DNA of 64,000 nucleotides. Origin: Obrimoposthia wandeli. Taxonomy: Eukaryota. A program made the position numbers and the translations under genes. Below, one piece after another: positions 36,753 through 47,380 of the stretch. The notes below the pieces were generated by a model. It did no database searches, was not told the DNA's origin, and worked only from the letters and a program-made list of their open reading frames with translations. Location: NCBI GenBank assembly GCA_977020255.1, contig CDROCS010004705.1:1-64000 (forward strand), written 5' to 3'. Position 1 is the stretch's first letter. The number at the start of each line of letters is the position of its first letter.

Positions 36753-38798
36753 TTGCGTAATGATTTGGAAGATCAAAAGCTAAGACCTTTTTTAAGCATA
36801 CGCTGGAAGTTGTTTCTGGGTGTTTCTTGTTTAATAGTACTCATTCATGCGTTGTTTCTGGTAGGAGTGTGGCGTCATCACAGCGCTCAATATGTTGCTG
36901 AAAAGAATAAAGATAACAATGAATTGATGCAATCCCTCGATTCTTCTATAAATTTATTAAGTAACCGCTTGATGAAAAACTTGAAGGTATTGGCGCATAC
37001 GCATAAAAATGAGCAAGACCAATCGCTCACTCACCTTAATCTAGATATCAATGATAATTTTTCAAATATGCAATCATATCAACTAGTTGATTATGCTGAT
37101 TTGTACGATACTTCAGCGAGCTTAATATCTCATTGGGGAGCGTATAGTGAAGTGGATAGCGCGCTTGTATCGCAAGTGATTAAAGAGCGAAAAATGGTGA
37201 CTAGGCTCAACTGTGTGAAAAGTTGTAGTGTGTTAGTCGCTGCTCCAATTTTTGTCAACAAAAAGCAGATGGCTGTTTTAGTGGTGCAGCGGAATATCGA
37301 TTCATTAATTTCCCGTTTTGGATCGGAGCATAATGTAGAATTAGGTATTGTCCGGCAGCTGGCAGTAAAAGCCGATTATGTTAGTTGGAACACTCAAGTG
37401 TTTAACGTGACTCATAGTAGTTTAAGTATTCCTTTATTGGTCCGCTTGTCGCAAAAAGAAACCGTTTTAGAGTCAAGCAGCGAATATGTTGTTCAAGCAT
37501 TTGATCGCGAATATGCAATTAATTTTATTGATTCTCAGGTCAGCTCGAACCCACTGTCAAAATGGGTGTTGATAAAAGATATAACAGAGCGCTCACAGAA
37601 ATTTTCTAACACCACTAAAAATATTTTTTGGTGGAGCGGTGCGTGTTTATTAATTAGCTTATTGTTACTCTACATCATTGTAAACCGCATATCACACCAG
37701 TTACCGCGCATCTTGGCTATATCACATGCCATTGAAGAAGATGAGTCGTCAGGTAAAATGAATCGCGGTGGAGATAGACGAATACTTGATGATGAGCTAC
37801 AGCAGTACGATCGACAGCTTGCTAAAATCAGCCACAAAATGGATTTGTTAAAGCAAAAAGAAGCCAATAACGCTGTTAAATTACAGTCGATGGTACGTGA
37901 GCTCAATCAAACCAAGAATTTCATTGATCGGTTATTAAACGAAGACGAAACAATTATTTTAGTACAAAAACTAGGCGGTGAAATCATTGCTTTAAATCAA
38001 GCAGGGTGCATGCTGTTTGAAATAGATGATTTTCATGGGCTTACTTATGCTGAGATTTTCTGTTCCGATTTATTAGAAGAAGACGGTTTAGCAGCGCTTA
38101 ACTATTTATACCTAGGTGGTGAAACGTTAGTAAAAGCCGAAGTACAGTGGCGCAACAGTCAAGATGAATCATTTGTGTTGTTATGGGTGCATGCACTGTT
38201 GAGTGTGCCGGGTACTATCGAGCCAGTAATATTATCAATATGTGTTGATATAACAGCGCAGCGAAAAGCTGAAGATCGATTAGAATGGCTTGCTTTTAAT
38301 GATCCAAAATTGGTCAATTATAACAAACAAGTCTTTCTTGAGTATTTGCCGTTTGCTATTTCGCGTTCCCTAGAGCGTCATCGAATTTTGGCGTTGCTGT
38401 ATTGCGAAATCAGTGGTTTCCCCAATGAAAACGCAACGGCTGAAGCTGATTTGAAGCAATTTATCTTAAAAGATCTAAGTAAAAGAATGTCGGGATGTTT
38501 ACGCCAATATGACATGTTAACGCAATTAAGCGCTGATCATTTTGTCATTATATTAGAAGGTTTGAGTGACATATCTGATGCAGAAGTAGTTACTGATAAG
38601 ATTATATCGATCTATAATCAACCGATAACAGTAGAGCACCAAGACTATTCCTTGCAGATAGTGATTGGTGTTAGTTATGCGCCGGAACACTCAGAGAGTG
38701 TCCCGCAATTACTTGAAAATGCCGAAACAGCTATGTATCAAGCGAAAAGGAAGGGAATGAGCTGTCTTCCTGCAGAGTTAAACGACGAGCAAGTTTAG
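36753..38798 (+). CDS. Membrane sensor with PAS and degenerate GGDEF domain
   Basis: Two TMs, PAS-like region ending DITAQRKAEDRL, GGDEF fold with RQYD-x5-SADHF, ADxAMY-like AETAMYQAK. Confidence 0.8.
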   Translation: MRNDLEDQKLRPFLSIRWKLFLGVSCLIVLIHALFLVGVWRHHSAQYVAEKNKDNNELMQSLDSSINLLSNRLMKNLKVLAHTHKNEQDQSLTHLNLDINDNFSNMQSYQLVDYADLYDTSASLISHWGAYSEVDSALVSQVIKERKMVTRLNCVKSCSVLVAAPIFVNKKQMAVLVVQRNIDSLISRFGSEHNVELGIVRQLAVKADYVSWNTQVFNVTHSSLSIPLLVRLSQKETVLESSSEYVVQAFDREYAINFIDSQVSSNPLSKWVLIKDITERSQKFSNTTKNIFWWSGACLLISLLLLYIIVNRISHQLPRILAISHAIEEDESSGKMNRGGDRRILDDELQQYDRQLAKISHKMDLLKQKEANNAVKLQSMVRELNQTKNFIDRLLNEDETIILVQKLGGEIIALNQAGCMLFEIDDFHGLTYAEIFCSDLLEEDGLAALNYLYLGGETLVKAEVQWRNSQDESFVLLWVHALLSVPGTIEPVILSICVDITAQRKAEDRLEWLAFNDPKLVNYNKQVFLEYLPFAISRSLERHRILALLYCEISGFPNENATAEADLKQFILKDLSKRMSGCLRQYDMLTQLSADHFVIILEGLSDISDAEVVTDKIISIYNQPITVEHQDYSLQIVIGVSYAPEHSESVPQLLENAETAMYQAKRKGMSCLPAELNDEQV

Positions 38799-39193
38799 TG
38801 CAATAAGTTGAAAATTTTGGCTCTTTCTTTAGCGTAATCAAAAGCACTGCCTGAAGATTCTGCTTCAAAGCGCAATTCATCTAATTGTTGGAATTGTGAC
38901 AGCTCCTCATCGGGCATGAAATGCAGGCAATCTCCAGCAAAAAACCATAATAGATCTCTGGGTAACACGGGTGTTAGCTCAGAGTACCCTCTGATCAGCG
39001 TATTACAAAGTACTTGTCCATTTTCAATATAACCTTCAGTGAAAGCATCGCATTGCTCTATCAACACAACGAAGCTATCGAGAAACGCTTCTTCTTGTGG
39101 CATTAACTCTTCGCTGCTAAAAGGATAGAACGTAATGAGTTGATTATAAGTTTGTTTTAGTAAATCTAAATGGAAACGATGGTATTGATTCAT
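38795..39193 (-). CDS. PA2817-family conserved protein
   Basis: RDLLWFFAGDCLHFMPDEE motif. Confidence 0.75.
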   Translation of the reverse strand: MNQYHRFHLDLLKQTYNQLITFYPFSSEELMPQEEAFLDSFVVLIEQCDAFTEGYIENGQVLCNTLIRGYSELTPVLPRDLLWFFAGDCLHFMPDEELSQFQQLDELRFEAESSGSAFDYAKERAKIFNLLH

Positions 39194-39581
39194 GTGCTTG
39201 CTCAGTGATTGTTTAAAAAAGTGGCACTTGCCTATCGAGTGGTTATATAACCAAAGTGTAGAGCTTAAGTAGTTTGCTATCTGAAAGCAACTGAAGAGCT
39301 GGCTACTCCAAGAATGAATGGTATTCTAGGTAAATAATTTATAAAGCTTCTTATGTGTTGCTAGCTCAGTTAGTTTGATCGATACTTGAAAAAAACGATA
39401 ATGACCCAATTTATGGTGCGGGTCTTTAATTTGAAAGAGTGTTTATTAAGCACGTACTTCGCCGCGCCATGTGGACAGAAAATTTTCATATCTTAAATAG
39501 ACACTTTACTAAATCATGTAGTGTTGTGTAACGATATACAGCTGCATTATCTGATCAACTTCAAATACATAGAGGTTCTTG

Positions 39582-40511
39582 ATGAGCTCGGCATTATCAA
39601 TAAGAAATTTAAGCAAAACATATACTAACGGTTTTCAAGCGCTAAGTGATGTGTCGTTTGAAGTAGCTCAAGGAGATTTTTTTGCGCTATTAGGACCTAA
39701 CGGCGCCGGTAAATCCACTACGCTAGGCATCGTTTCATCGTTGGTGAATGCTACACAAGGTGAAGTGTCTATATTTGGTCATGATTTAGCTTCTGATATG
39801 ACCAAAGCTAAGAAAAATTTAGGGGTTGTGCCACAAGAGTTTAATTTTAATGCCTTTGAAAATGTCTACGATATAGTGCGCACTCAAGCAGGTTTTTATG
39901 GTTTAAGCTCTAGTATTGCAAAACAACGATCTGAGTATTATTTGAAAAAGCTGGGTTTATGGGAAAAGCGTGACACAGCGGCTCGTATGTTATCTGGTGG
40001 CATGAAAAGACGTTTAATGGTAGCAAGAGCGCTAGTGCATGAGCCTAAGCTACTCATATTAGATGAGCCAACAGCAGGTGTAGATATAGAACTGAGGCGC
40101 TCTATGTGGGAGTTTCTGCAAGAGTTAAATGCAGCGGGGACAACGATTATATTGACTACGCACTATTTAGAAGAAGCTGAATTATTATGCAAAAACATTG
40201 CGATTATTGATAAGGGTAAAATTGTAAAAAACACCAGTATCAAGGCATTGTTACAACAATTAGATTCTGAATCGTTTGTGTTAGATATTGCTCCCGCCTT
40301 AATGGACCCTCCAATAATAGAAGGTTATAAAGTCAGTTTAGAAGATGAACATTCTATCTTGGTTGAAGTTAAAAAAGGTCAAACTCTCAGTGAGCTGTTT
40401 GCACAATTAGCACAAAGAGATATTAGTGTGAGTAGTATGCGCAATAAGTCGAACAGGTTAGAGGAGATGTTTATTTCGATGGTTGAGAATAATTTGGAGC
40501 AAGATAAGTGA
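39582..40511 (+). CDS. yadG: ABC transporter ATP-binding protein (YadG-like)
   Basis: GPNGAGKST, LSGGMKRR, LILDEPTAGVD, NRLEEMF. Confidence 0.92.
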   Translation: MSSALSIRNLSKTYTNGFQALSDVSFEVAQGDFFALLGPNGAGKSTTLGIVSSLVNATQGEVSIFGHDLASDMTKAKKNLGVVPQEFNFNAFENVYDIVRTQAGFYGLSSSIAKQRSEYYLKKLGLWEKRDTAARMLSGGMKRRLMVARALVHEPKLLILDEPTAGVDIELRRSMWEFLQELNAAGTTIILTTHYLEEAELLCKNIAIIDKGKIVKNTSIKALLQQLDSESFVLDIAPALMDPPIIEGYKVSLEDEHSILVEVKKGQTLSELFAQLAQRDISVSSMRNKSNRLEEMFISMVENNLEQDK

Positions 40512-41281
40512 GTAATCAAGAAATACTAATAGCGCTGTATACGATTGTTCGCCGCGAGATAAGACGTTTTACCCGGATTTGGGCGCAAACATTATTACCA
40601 CCTGCCATTACTATGAGTTTATATTTCATAATATTTGGCACCTTAATAGGTAGTCGTATTGGTGAAATGGACGGTTTTAGCTATATGGAGTTCATTGTCC
40701 CTGGTTTAATTATGATGTCGGTGATTACAAACTCTTATTCTAATGTCGTCTCTTCATTTTACAGTTCAAAATTTCAGCGCAATGTAGAGGAGATGTTAGT
40801 ATCTCCTATGCCCAATTGGGTTATTTTAGTCGGCTACATAATAGGTGGGATGGCAAGAGGCATTATCGTTGGCTTTATTGTTACGATGCTATCATTGTTT
40901 TTTACAGATTTGCAGTTACACAACTTAGCAATAGTGGTTATCGTCACGCTGCTAACCTCTATTTTGTTTGCTACTGGTGGTTTTATTAATGCCATGCTCG
41001 CCAACTCATTTGATGATGTATCTATCGTGCCGACCTTTATTTTGACGCCGTTAACTTACTTGGGTGGCGTGTTTTATTCAATATCGTTGTTGCCTGAATT
41101 TTGGCAAGGTGTTTCACAGCTCAATCCCATATTGTATATGGTTAGCACCTTTCGCTACGGTGTTATTGGTAGTAGCGATATAAATATTTATGTATCTCTT
41201 GGTGTTATTTTATTCTTTGTGGTGAGCTTATTTACAATCGCACTTAAGATGCTCGATAAAGGAAAGGGAATTCGTTCTTGA
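40508..41281 (+). CDS. yadH: ABC-2 permease (YadH-like)
   Basis: RIWAQTLLPPAIT, PLTYLGGVFYS, GKGIRS C-terminus. Confidence 0.92.
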   Translation: MSNQEILIALYTIVRREIRRFTRIWAQTLLPPAITMSLYFIIFGTLIGSRIGEMDGFSYMEFIVPGLIMMSVITNSYSNVVSSFYSSKFQRNVEEMLVSPMPNWVILVGYIIGGMARGIIVGFIVTMLSLFFTDLQLHNLAIVVIVTLLTSILFATGGFINAMLANSFDDVSIVPTFILTPLTYLGGVFYSISLLPEFWQGVSQLNPILYMVSTFRYGVIGSSDINIYVSLGVILFFVVSLFTIALKMLDKGKGIRS

Positions 41282-42159
41282 TGAATAATGAGACAACACA
41301 AGCTCTGCAAGGCAGCGAGCTTAAAGAGAAACAGTGCCTAGATTCATCACCACTGGGTAATCATACGCAGTATGTGAATCAGTATGATGCCAAGCTTTTA
41401 TTTGCGATAGAGAGAGACCTTAATTGGAGTAAACGCGGGGTAGAACGAGATAACTTGCCGTTTATGCGTGTACAAGGTGCTGTCGATATCTGGAATGGAT
41501 ATGAAATATCTTGGTTGAATAACAAAGGCAAGCCTATTGTACGCATTGCTGAATTTCGATTTAGTGCGCACTCTGCCTTTATTGTAGAGTCAAAATCATT
41601 CAAGCTTTACCTGAACTCTTTTAATTTAAGCGCTTTTACTGATGAGCAAGAGGTTAGTGCAAAAATGCAAGCTGACTTAAGTGCTCTTACTCAAGCACCT
41701 GTTGAAGTTCTTTTCTATGCGCTTGATGATTTTCCTGCTGTGAGTAGCTTCACAGGTATTTGCATTGATGAATGTGATGTCATCATTGAGCAATACACGC
41801 CTGATGCCGCGCTTTTAATGGCAGATAGTGAGCAGTTAGTAGAAGAGTGTTTGTACAGCCATATTCTAAAATCGAACTGCCCGGTGACAGGGCAGCCTGA
41901 TTGGGCAAGTATCAGCATTAGTTACAAAGGCGCTAAATTACAACAGGCAGCTTTACTGCGCTATTTGGTTTCTTATCGTGAACACGGCGATTTTCATGAG
42001 CAGTGTGTCGAAAACATATTTATGGATATATGGCAGCAGTGTAAACCTGAAGAGCTAAGTGTTTATGCGAGATATATTCGACGAGGCGGGTTAGATATAA
42101 ATCCGTTTAGAAGTAGTCTTGATAGTGTGGCTGAGAATATTCGATTATCACGTCAGTAA
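41281..42159 (+). CDS. queF: NADPH-dependent 7-cyano-7-deazaguanine reductase
   Basis: VESKSFKLYLNS, KSNCPVTGQPDW, FHEQCVE, RRGGLDINPFR. Confidence 0.97.
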   Translation: MNNETTQALQGSELKEKQCLDSSPLGNHTQYVNQYDAKLLFAIERDLNWSKRGVERDNLPFMRVQGAVDIWNGYEISWLNNKGKPIVRIAEFRFSAHSAFIVESKSFKLYLNSFNLSAFTDEQEVSAKMQADLSALTQAPVEVLFYALDDFPAVSSFTGICIDECDVIIEQYTPDAALLMADSEQLVEECLYSHILKSNCPVTGQPDWASISISYKGAKLQQAALLRYLVSYREHGDFHEQCVENIFMDIWQQCKPEELSVYARYIRRGGLDINPFRSSLDSVAENIRLSRQ

Positions 42160-42210
42160 TGGCAATATAGTCAGCAAGCATTTAATGAATAGATTTTAAA
42201 AAGGAGCATC

Positions 42211-42768
42211 ATGCAAGCAATTGAGTTATTACACAATAGAGTATCTTCAGCGCAGTTAACTTCACCTGGACCAAGTGCACAGCAGTTAGAGGTTATGTTT
42301 CAAGCAGCCGCTAGAGCGCCTGATCATGGTTGTATAAGACCGTGGCGCTTATTGGTGCTTGAAGGTGAGCAACTCTCTAAATTAGGAGAGGTTTTTGTGC
42401 AAGCTAATTTGCTTAAAAACCCTGGCTTGAATGCTGACCAGCAGCAAAAAATAGCGGCGAAACCCTTACGTGCACCACTCATTATCACGGTTATTGCTTC
42501 GATTGTAGAGCACCCTAAAGTGCCAAGTATTGAGCAAGTGATGAGCGCATCATGTGCGGCTCATGCCATAGAGTTGGCAGCATTTGCGCAAGGTGTTGGC
42601 GCGATGTGGAGATCAGGTGGGATGATGTTTGACGAGCATGTAAAGGCGAGTTTGAGTTTACAAGAAAATGAACAAATTGTAGGCTTTCTTTATTTAGGTA
42701 CGCCTAAGAAAATACGGGCAGTTGGCGTTACTGATAGCAGTAGCTTTGTAAGTAACGCTGCGCTGTAA
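42211..42768 (+). CDS. ydjA: Nitroreductase-family protein (YdjA-like)
   Basis: RAPDHG..PWR, RAPL, GAMWRSG, VGFLYLGT. Confidence 0.85.
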   Translation: MQAIELLHNRVSSAQLTSPGPSAQQLEVMFQAAARAPDHGCIRPWRLLVLEGEQLSKLGEVFVQANLLKNPGLNADQQQKIAAKPLRAPLIITVIASIVEHPKVPSIEQVMSASCAAHAIELAAFAQGVGAMWRSGGMMFDEHVKASLSLQENEQIVGFLYLGTPKKIRAVGVTDSSSFVSNAAL

Positions 42769-42814
42769 CCGTTTTTAGTGTCTGTTATCGGTCAAAATAT
42801 TAGAGAGATTCTAT

Positions 42815-43852
42815 ATGCAACTAACCGATTTATTAACCACGAATTTTCGCAAAGGCCTTTCTAACAATATTAGTGACGTGAGTGGGGTAAGTGTTGGTCA
42901 CACAACCCTCGCTGATAAAGGTATTCAAACGGGAGTAACGGCCTTATTACCACATACGGGGAATGTGTTTCTTAATAAATGCGTTGCGGCGGTTGAGGTG
43001 ATTAATGGTTTTGGTAAATCTGTTGGTTTGATGCAGCTTGAAGAGTTGGGGCAGCTAGAAACTCCTATAGTATTAACTAATACCTTATCGGTGGGTACGG
43101 CTAGTGATGCATTAATTAAGTACATGCTCAAAGATAATCCGTTAATTGGTGCCGATGGAACAGTAAACCCCTTGGTGATGGAATGTAATGATGGATATTT
43201 AAATGATATACGTGCTCAAAACATAGCCCATCAACATGTCGACTCTGCATTGCAGGAAGCTTGTGTTTCGACTGCTAAAGATTTTTTACAGGGCAGTGTT
43301 GGCGCAGGTAGGGGTATGTCAGCCTATAAAATGAAGGGTGGCATAGGCAGTGCATCGCGTATTATAAACATTGATCAACAAGAGTTCACAATGGGTGCAC
43401 TTGTGTTGTCTAATATGGGCAGGCTAAGTGATTTTAGGTATTACAAACCTGAATTCACACAAAAAATTAATAAGCTCTGTTCACAATATAGCAGTGAAAT
43501 AGAAGGCGCTGATCAAGGCTCTATTATTATGATTATTGCTACCGACTTACCTTTAGATGCAAGGCAGTTAAAACGAGTGGCTAAGCGTTCGGTTGCCGGT
43601 TTAGTTAAAACAGGAAGCCAATTAGGTACCGGTAGTGGTGATATTTGTTTGGCTTTTAGTACGGCGAATAAAATTTCACATGAGATCCAGCATGTTGATC
43701 ACATAAATCGCTTCGCAGAAAATCAAATTGATAAGGTATTTGACTGCACCATTGAGGTGATTGAAGAAGCGATTATCAATAGCATGCTTAAGAGTGAAAC
43801 AGTTATTGGTCATCAAGGTCATTGTCGTATAAGTTTGCAAGAGATACTTTAA
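42815..43852 (+). CDS. P1/S58-family peptidase (DmpA-like)
   Basis: ISDVSGVSVGH, NGFGKSVG, ECNDGYLND, GSVGAG, GSGD processing site. Confidence 0.9.
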   Translation: MQLTDLLTTNFRKGLSNNISDVSGVSVGHTTLADKGIQTGVTALLPHTGNVFLNKCVAAVEVINGFGKSVGLMQLEELGQLETPIVLTNTLSVGTASDALIKYMLKDNPLIGADGTVNPLVMECNDGYLNDIRAQNIAHQHVDSALQEACVSTAKDFLQGSVGAGRGMSAYKMKGGIGSASRIINIDQQEFTMGALVLSNMGRLSDFRYYKPEFTQKINKLCSQYSSEIEGADQGSIIMIIATDLPLDARQLKRVAKRSVAGLVKTGSQLGTGSGDICLAFSTANKISHEIQHVDHINRFAENQIDKVFDCTIEVIEEAIINSMLKSETVIGHQGHCRISLQEIL

Positions 43853-44031
43853 TAAGTGGTGTTAATAGTACTATCATCATTAAACTCAAAACAAAGTGAG
43901 CTTGGATTTCCTTTTTGGCTACGATGTAAGGTAATATTAGAGCTGAAAAATGAAATTGAGCAGCATTTTTTTTTGCGGCTAGAATGTATATATACCAATA
44001 TGAAATTCTAGTAATTAAAGAAGGAATGTTG

Positions 44032-44130
44032 ATGCATCAAGTAGATAAACAAGAAAAGGCGCTAGCTCCGCCGTTATTATCTAAATCTAAGTATATGAAT
44101 AGCCTACGTGGTAAGTGTTGCATTTTATGA
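44032..44130 (+). CDS. 32-aa small ORF coupled to the next gene
   Basis: RBS AAGGA; MHQVDKQEKALAPPLLSKSKYMNSLRGKCCIL; ATGA overlap with 44127. Confidence 0.3.
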   Translation: MHQVDKQEKALAPPLLSKSKYMNSLRGKCCIL

Positions 44131-44483
44131 AGAAGAATAAGCAATGGTTTGGTATCAGAAGCGTTTATTATTTTGGTGAAAACACTGCAGGAATTAATGT
44201 TTTCGAAGAAAGAGTGGTTGTGTTTTCGGCTGGCTCATTTGATGAAGCGCATCAAAAAGCAAAATTTGAAGCTGAAGATTATGCTGACGAAAATGAAGTC
44301 TCTATCCATTTAGAGCAAGTAGGATATAGGCAAGAAGAGTGTATCTCTTTGGTGGATGGCTATGAAGTGTGGTCTCAAATGTTTGAAGCAGATATGAGTT
44401 TTGATGATTTTTATAAAGAGCGATACGAAAAGTATACGTATCATCCAGAGCCAATACAGCAGGTGAATAATTTAACACACTAA
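44127..44483 (+). CDS. DUF4288-like protein
   Basis: WFGIRSVY...FEERVVVFSAGSFDEAHQKA pattern. Confidence 0.65.
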   Translation: MKKNKQWFGIRSVYYFGENTAGINVFEERVVVFSAGSFDEAHQKAKFEAEDYADENEVSIHLEQVGYRQEECISLVDGYEVWSQMFEADMSFDDFYKERYEKYTYHPEPIQQVNNLTH

Positions 44484-44578
44484 ACGAGTACGTTTTAGTG
44501 TGTTAGATGCTCTTATATTAAAATCACGGTTTTGCTAATGCACCGAAGATAAGTGCCGTGGTGTTTTTTTACTAACTG

Positions 44579-45907
44579 TTAGCCAAGTAATTTTTGTTCT
44601 GCTTTATTTTGTGTTCTACGTAATTTTTTCTTAAAATCAGATGGGCTTAATGCATGCTTATTAAGCAGCTTATAGAAATCGGTTCTATTTCTCTCAGCAA
44701 TTCGAGCTGCGTGAGTTACATTCCCCTCAGTCACTTGTAGTACTTTAGTTAAATAATCTTTTTCAAACTTGGCGCGTGCTTGATTAAACGAAAGCATAGC
44801 AGAAGTATCATCGCATATGATTCCTGCAATTAGTTTTTCTGATATAACAGGGCTATTGCTTTCAATAACAACTTGTTTAACCACATCACCTAGTTCTTTA
44901 ACATTGCTAGGCCATGTCGCTTTAGCAAGTAAATGCAAAGCACCTGGTGAGATGTTACGTACTTTTCGGTTATATTTTAAACTGTGTTCTGCTAAGAAAT
45001 GTCTCGCTAGCAGCGGTATATCTTCTACTCTGTCGCGCAGTGCTGGGATATTTAAGGTATTGATGTTCAATAGATAAAATAGTTCTCTATCAAAATAGCC
45101 TTGTAGCATGATTTGTTCTAAATTTGTTCTACTAGAGCAGATGATTCGCAAATCGCTATCTGATTGTGGTGATGCAGCAATTGCGCGCTGACAGCTTTGC
45201 AGACCGGTTAATAATGCTTGCTGTAATGAGGTTCCCAATTTATTAATGTTATCTAAAAAAATGGTCGCCTTGGTGTCTTTATTGAGATTGTTCAGCAATT
45301 GCTCATTTAACTGGTCTTCATCAAGGTTTGTACAATCAATATAAATAAATGGTTTTTTATCATTAGCCGCTACGGCATGAATTGATTTAGCTAACAGTTT
45401 TTTACCGCAACCTTTAGGTCCTTGGATAACAACATTGATGTTAGATTCTGCAACATGGTGCGCTTGGTCCAGCACTTTTTCCATTTCTTGAGTGCAAGTT
45501 AAAATACCGCTTTTCCAATCAGTATTATTTCTTCTTTTTACTGAGGTAAGTGCGGTTCTGGTCATTTCATTTAAAAGTTTAGCGTCAACGGGTTTAGCAA
45601 TAAAACCAAAAATACCTTTTTGTGAAGCCACTAAAGCCTCTGCTAGTGCAGTGCTGTGAGTGGTAATCAGTATCGGTAAAAACTGATATTGAGCTTGGGC
45701 TAATTTGTAAAGTTTATTGCCGTTAACTAAGCTGAGTTGAAAGTTAGTTATCAATAAATCAATTTTATTTTGCTGTAAAATAAGGAGTGCTTGATCGCCG
45801 TCTGATGTGCAGAAAACTTCATAGCTCTGTTCTAGAAGCAAATTTTTAACTTGTTCTAAATGCTCCTTATCTTCATCAGCTATAAGGATATTGGTTTTAG
45901 TCATCAT
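44579..45907 (-). CDS. GlrR-like receiver/AAA/HTH regulator, catalytically degenerate
   Basis: Receiver domain, AAA remnant, and C-terminal GNVTHAARIAERNRTDFYKLL as in GlrR/QseF. Confidence 0.8.
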   Translation of the reverse strand: MMTKTNILIADEDKEHLEQVKNLLLEQSYEVFCTSDGDQALLILQQNKIDLLITNFQLSLVNGNKLYKLAQAQYQFLPILITTHSTALAEALVASQKGIFGFIAKPVDAKLLNEMTRTALTSVKRRNNTDWKSGILTCTQEMEKVLDQAHHVAESNINVVIQGPKGCGKKLLAKSIHAVAANDKKPFIYIDCTNLDEDQLNEQLLNNLNKDTKATIFLDNINKLGTSLQQALLTGLQSCQRAIAASPQSDSDLRIICSSRTNLEQIMLQGYFDRELFYLLNINTLNIPALRDRVEDIPLLARHFLAEHSLKYNRKVRNISPGALHLLAKATWPSNVKELGDVVKQVVIESNSPVISEKLIAGIICDDTSAMLSFNQARAKFEKDYLTKVLQVTEGNVTHAARIAERNRTDFYKLLNKHALSPSDFKKKLRRTQNKAEQKLLG

Positions 45908-46365
45908 TAACAGAATACTCCAAGTATGAAACTCTTTATCATGTGATCCATTTTATTCATTACGTGCTCATTGATTAGGTCTTAATTGTACGTTGTTACC
46001 CTTAATGTTAACCGTCTGATAGATGAACAAAATCTTAAGAAAAATATTAAATTGTCTAATATTAAATATCAGTTAAGTATTTAGTCATTTAAGTTTATGT
46101 ATATAATGGTTAAAAAAATAATTATTAAATATTTACTCTCATATAATTGCGTAAATTAATGTTGTTTATTTTAAAAAACTATTATAAATCAAAATATTGA
46201 GTAACTACTTGTTTTATGTGAATAGAAATAAAGAGAGATATATGCAATATGAATTATATTGCTAATTAAGATAATCAAGTAGAGTTGCTTGTAGGGTTTC
46301 ATAATATATTTTGTATTTAACGTTATGAAATTAAATAATAAAATTTAAAAAAATGGTTTTTTTGT

Positions 46366-47337
46366 ATGAAAACGAAAATCTGTCTTGCGATTAAGTTTGC
46401 TTCAGTTCTATTATTTTCGATATGGCTTAGTGGATGTATGTTGCTGTCAAAACCTGAGGAAGTGGTATCTGAAAAAGCATTTAGTAAATTTTTGCGTGCC
46501 ACCATTTATTTAGAGAACTCCAAATATAAAATGCGCATATGTGGTAGCACAAATATCAATCAATTATTTGATCCATATCAATTTTTAAAAGCACATTTTT
46601 TTAAAGATAATGAAGCTATACCCTCTTTATATGCTGAGTTTGATGCAGTGGCTGCCGATGATTTGAACTGGCAGCTAGAAGAGTTATCTTTTGTTTCTTC
46701 TAGCCCGCAAGAGTGTGGAACAAAAATTCAATCATTAGATTTTTTAGCGGCATCTAAAGAAGGTCAATGGCAAGCTTATGTGACTGATAATTTAGTGAAA
46801 GTGTCTAAACAAGATGTTTATACGCAGCTGCATTTTACATCCGCGAATCATCAAAATAATAAATGGCAAGGTGAGATGTTATTGTCACAAGGGCGCCGTT
46901 ACAAAATGTCATTGCAGGTCAAAGATGGAGCATGCATTGATGATAAGGAGCAGTGGTACCGTTCATCAGCAATATTTAACATCAATGGAGTCACGCATAA
47001 AGGGTGTGTAAGAAAAGGGGATAAGACACAGAAATTTGCCAGTGGTAAGTACAGTAATGTTTTGGCGATCGACAATGCGTTTATTGTGTTGAATTTAGCA
47101 CAAGATTACAGTGCTGACCTGATTTTAGATTACCGAAATGGTCATCCAATGATTGTAAGTAAAGGTCAGTGGAAAATGCTGTCTGATAATACGCTTGAGT
47201 TAAATTTAACAGAGCAAGATTTAGATTCAGAACAAAATATTATGTTGTTTGAGGTTTTTAATAGCAGCGAATTAAGATTAAAAGGGTTTTCTGAGCTGTT
47301 AGGAAGCGAAGGGCTAAAACTATTGCCTATTAAATAA
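46366..47337 (+). CDS. Lipoprotein with COG3650-like and NlpE-N-like segments
   Basis: Lipobox LSGC; C...D...GC segment; C-terminal beta domain. Confidence 0.65.
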   Translation: MKTKICLAIKFASVLLFSIWLSGCMLLSKPEEVVSEKAFSKFLRATIYLENSKYKMRICGSTNINQLFDPYQFLKAHFFKDNEAIPSLYAEFDAVAADDLNWQLEELSFVSSSPQECGTKIQSLDFLAASKEGQWQAYVTDNLVKVSKQDVYTQLHFTSANHQNNKWQGEMLLSQGRRYKMSLQVKDGACIDDKEQWYRSSAIFNINGVTHKGCVRKGDKTQKFASGKYSNVLAIDNAFIVLNLAQDYSADLILDYRNGHPMIVSKGQWKMLSDNTLELNLTEQDLDSEQNIMLFEVFNSSELRLKGFSELLGSEGLKLLPIK

Positions 47338-47380
47338 CCGCTGAATAATGGGTTGAGCAAGTGTGGATAATAAAGCCTGC

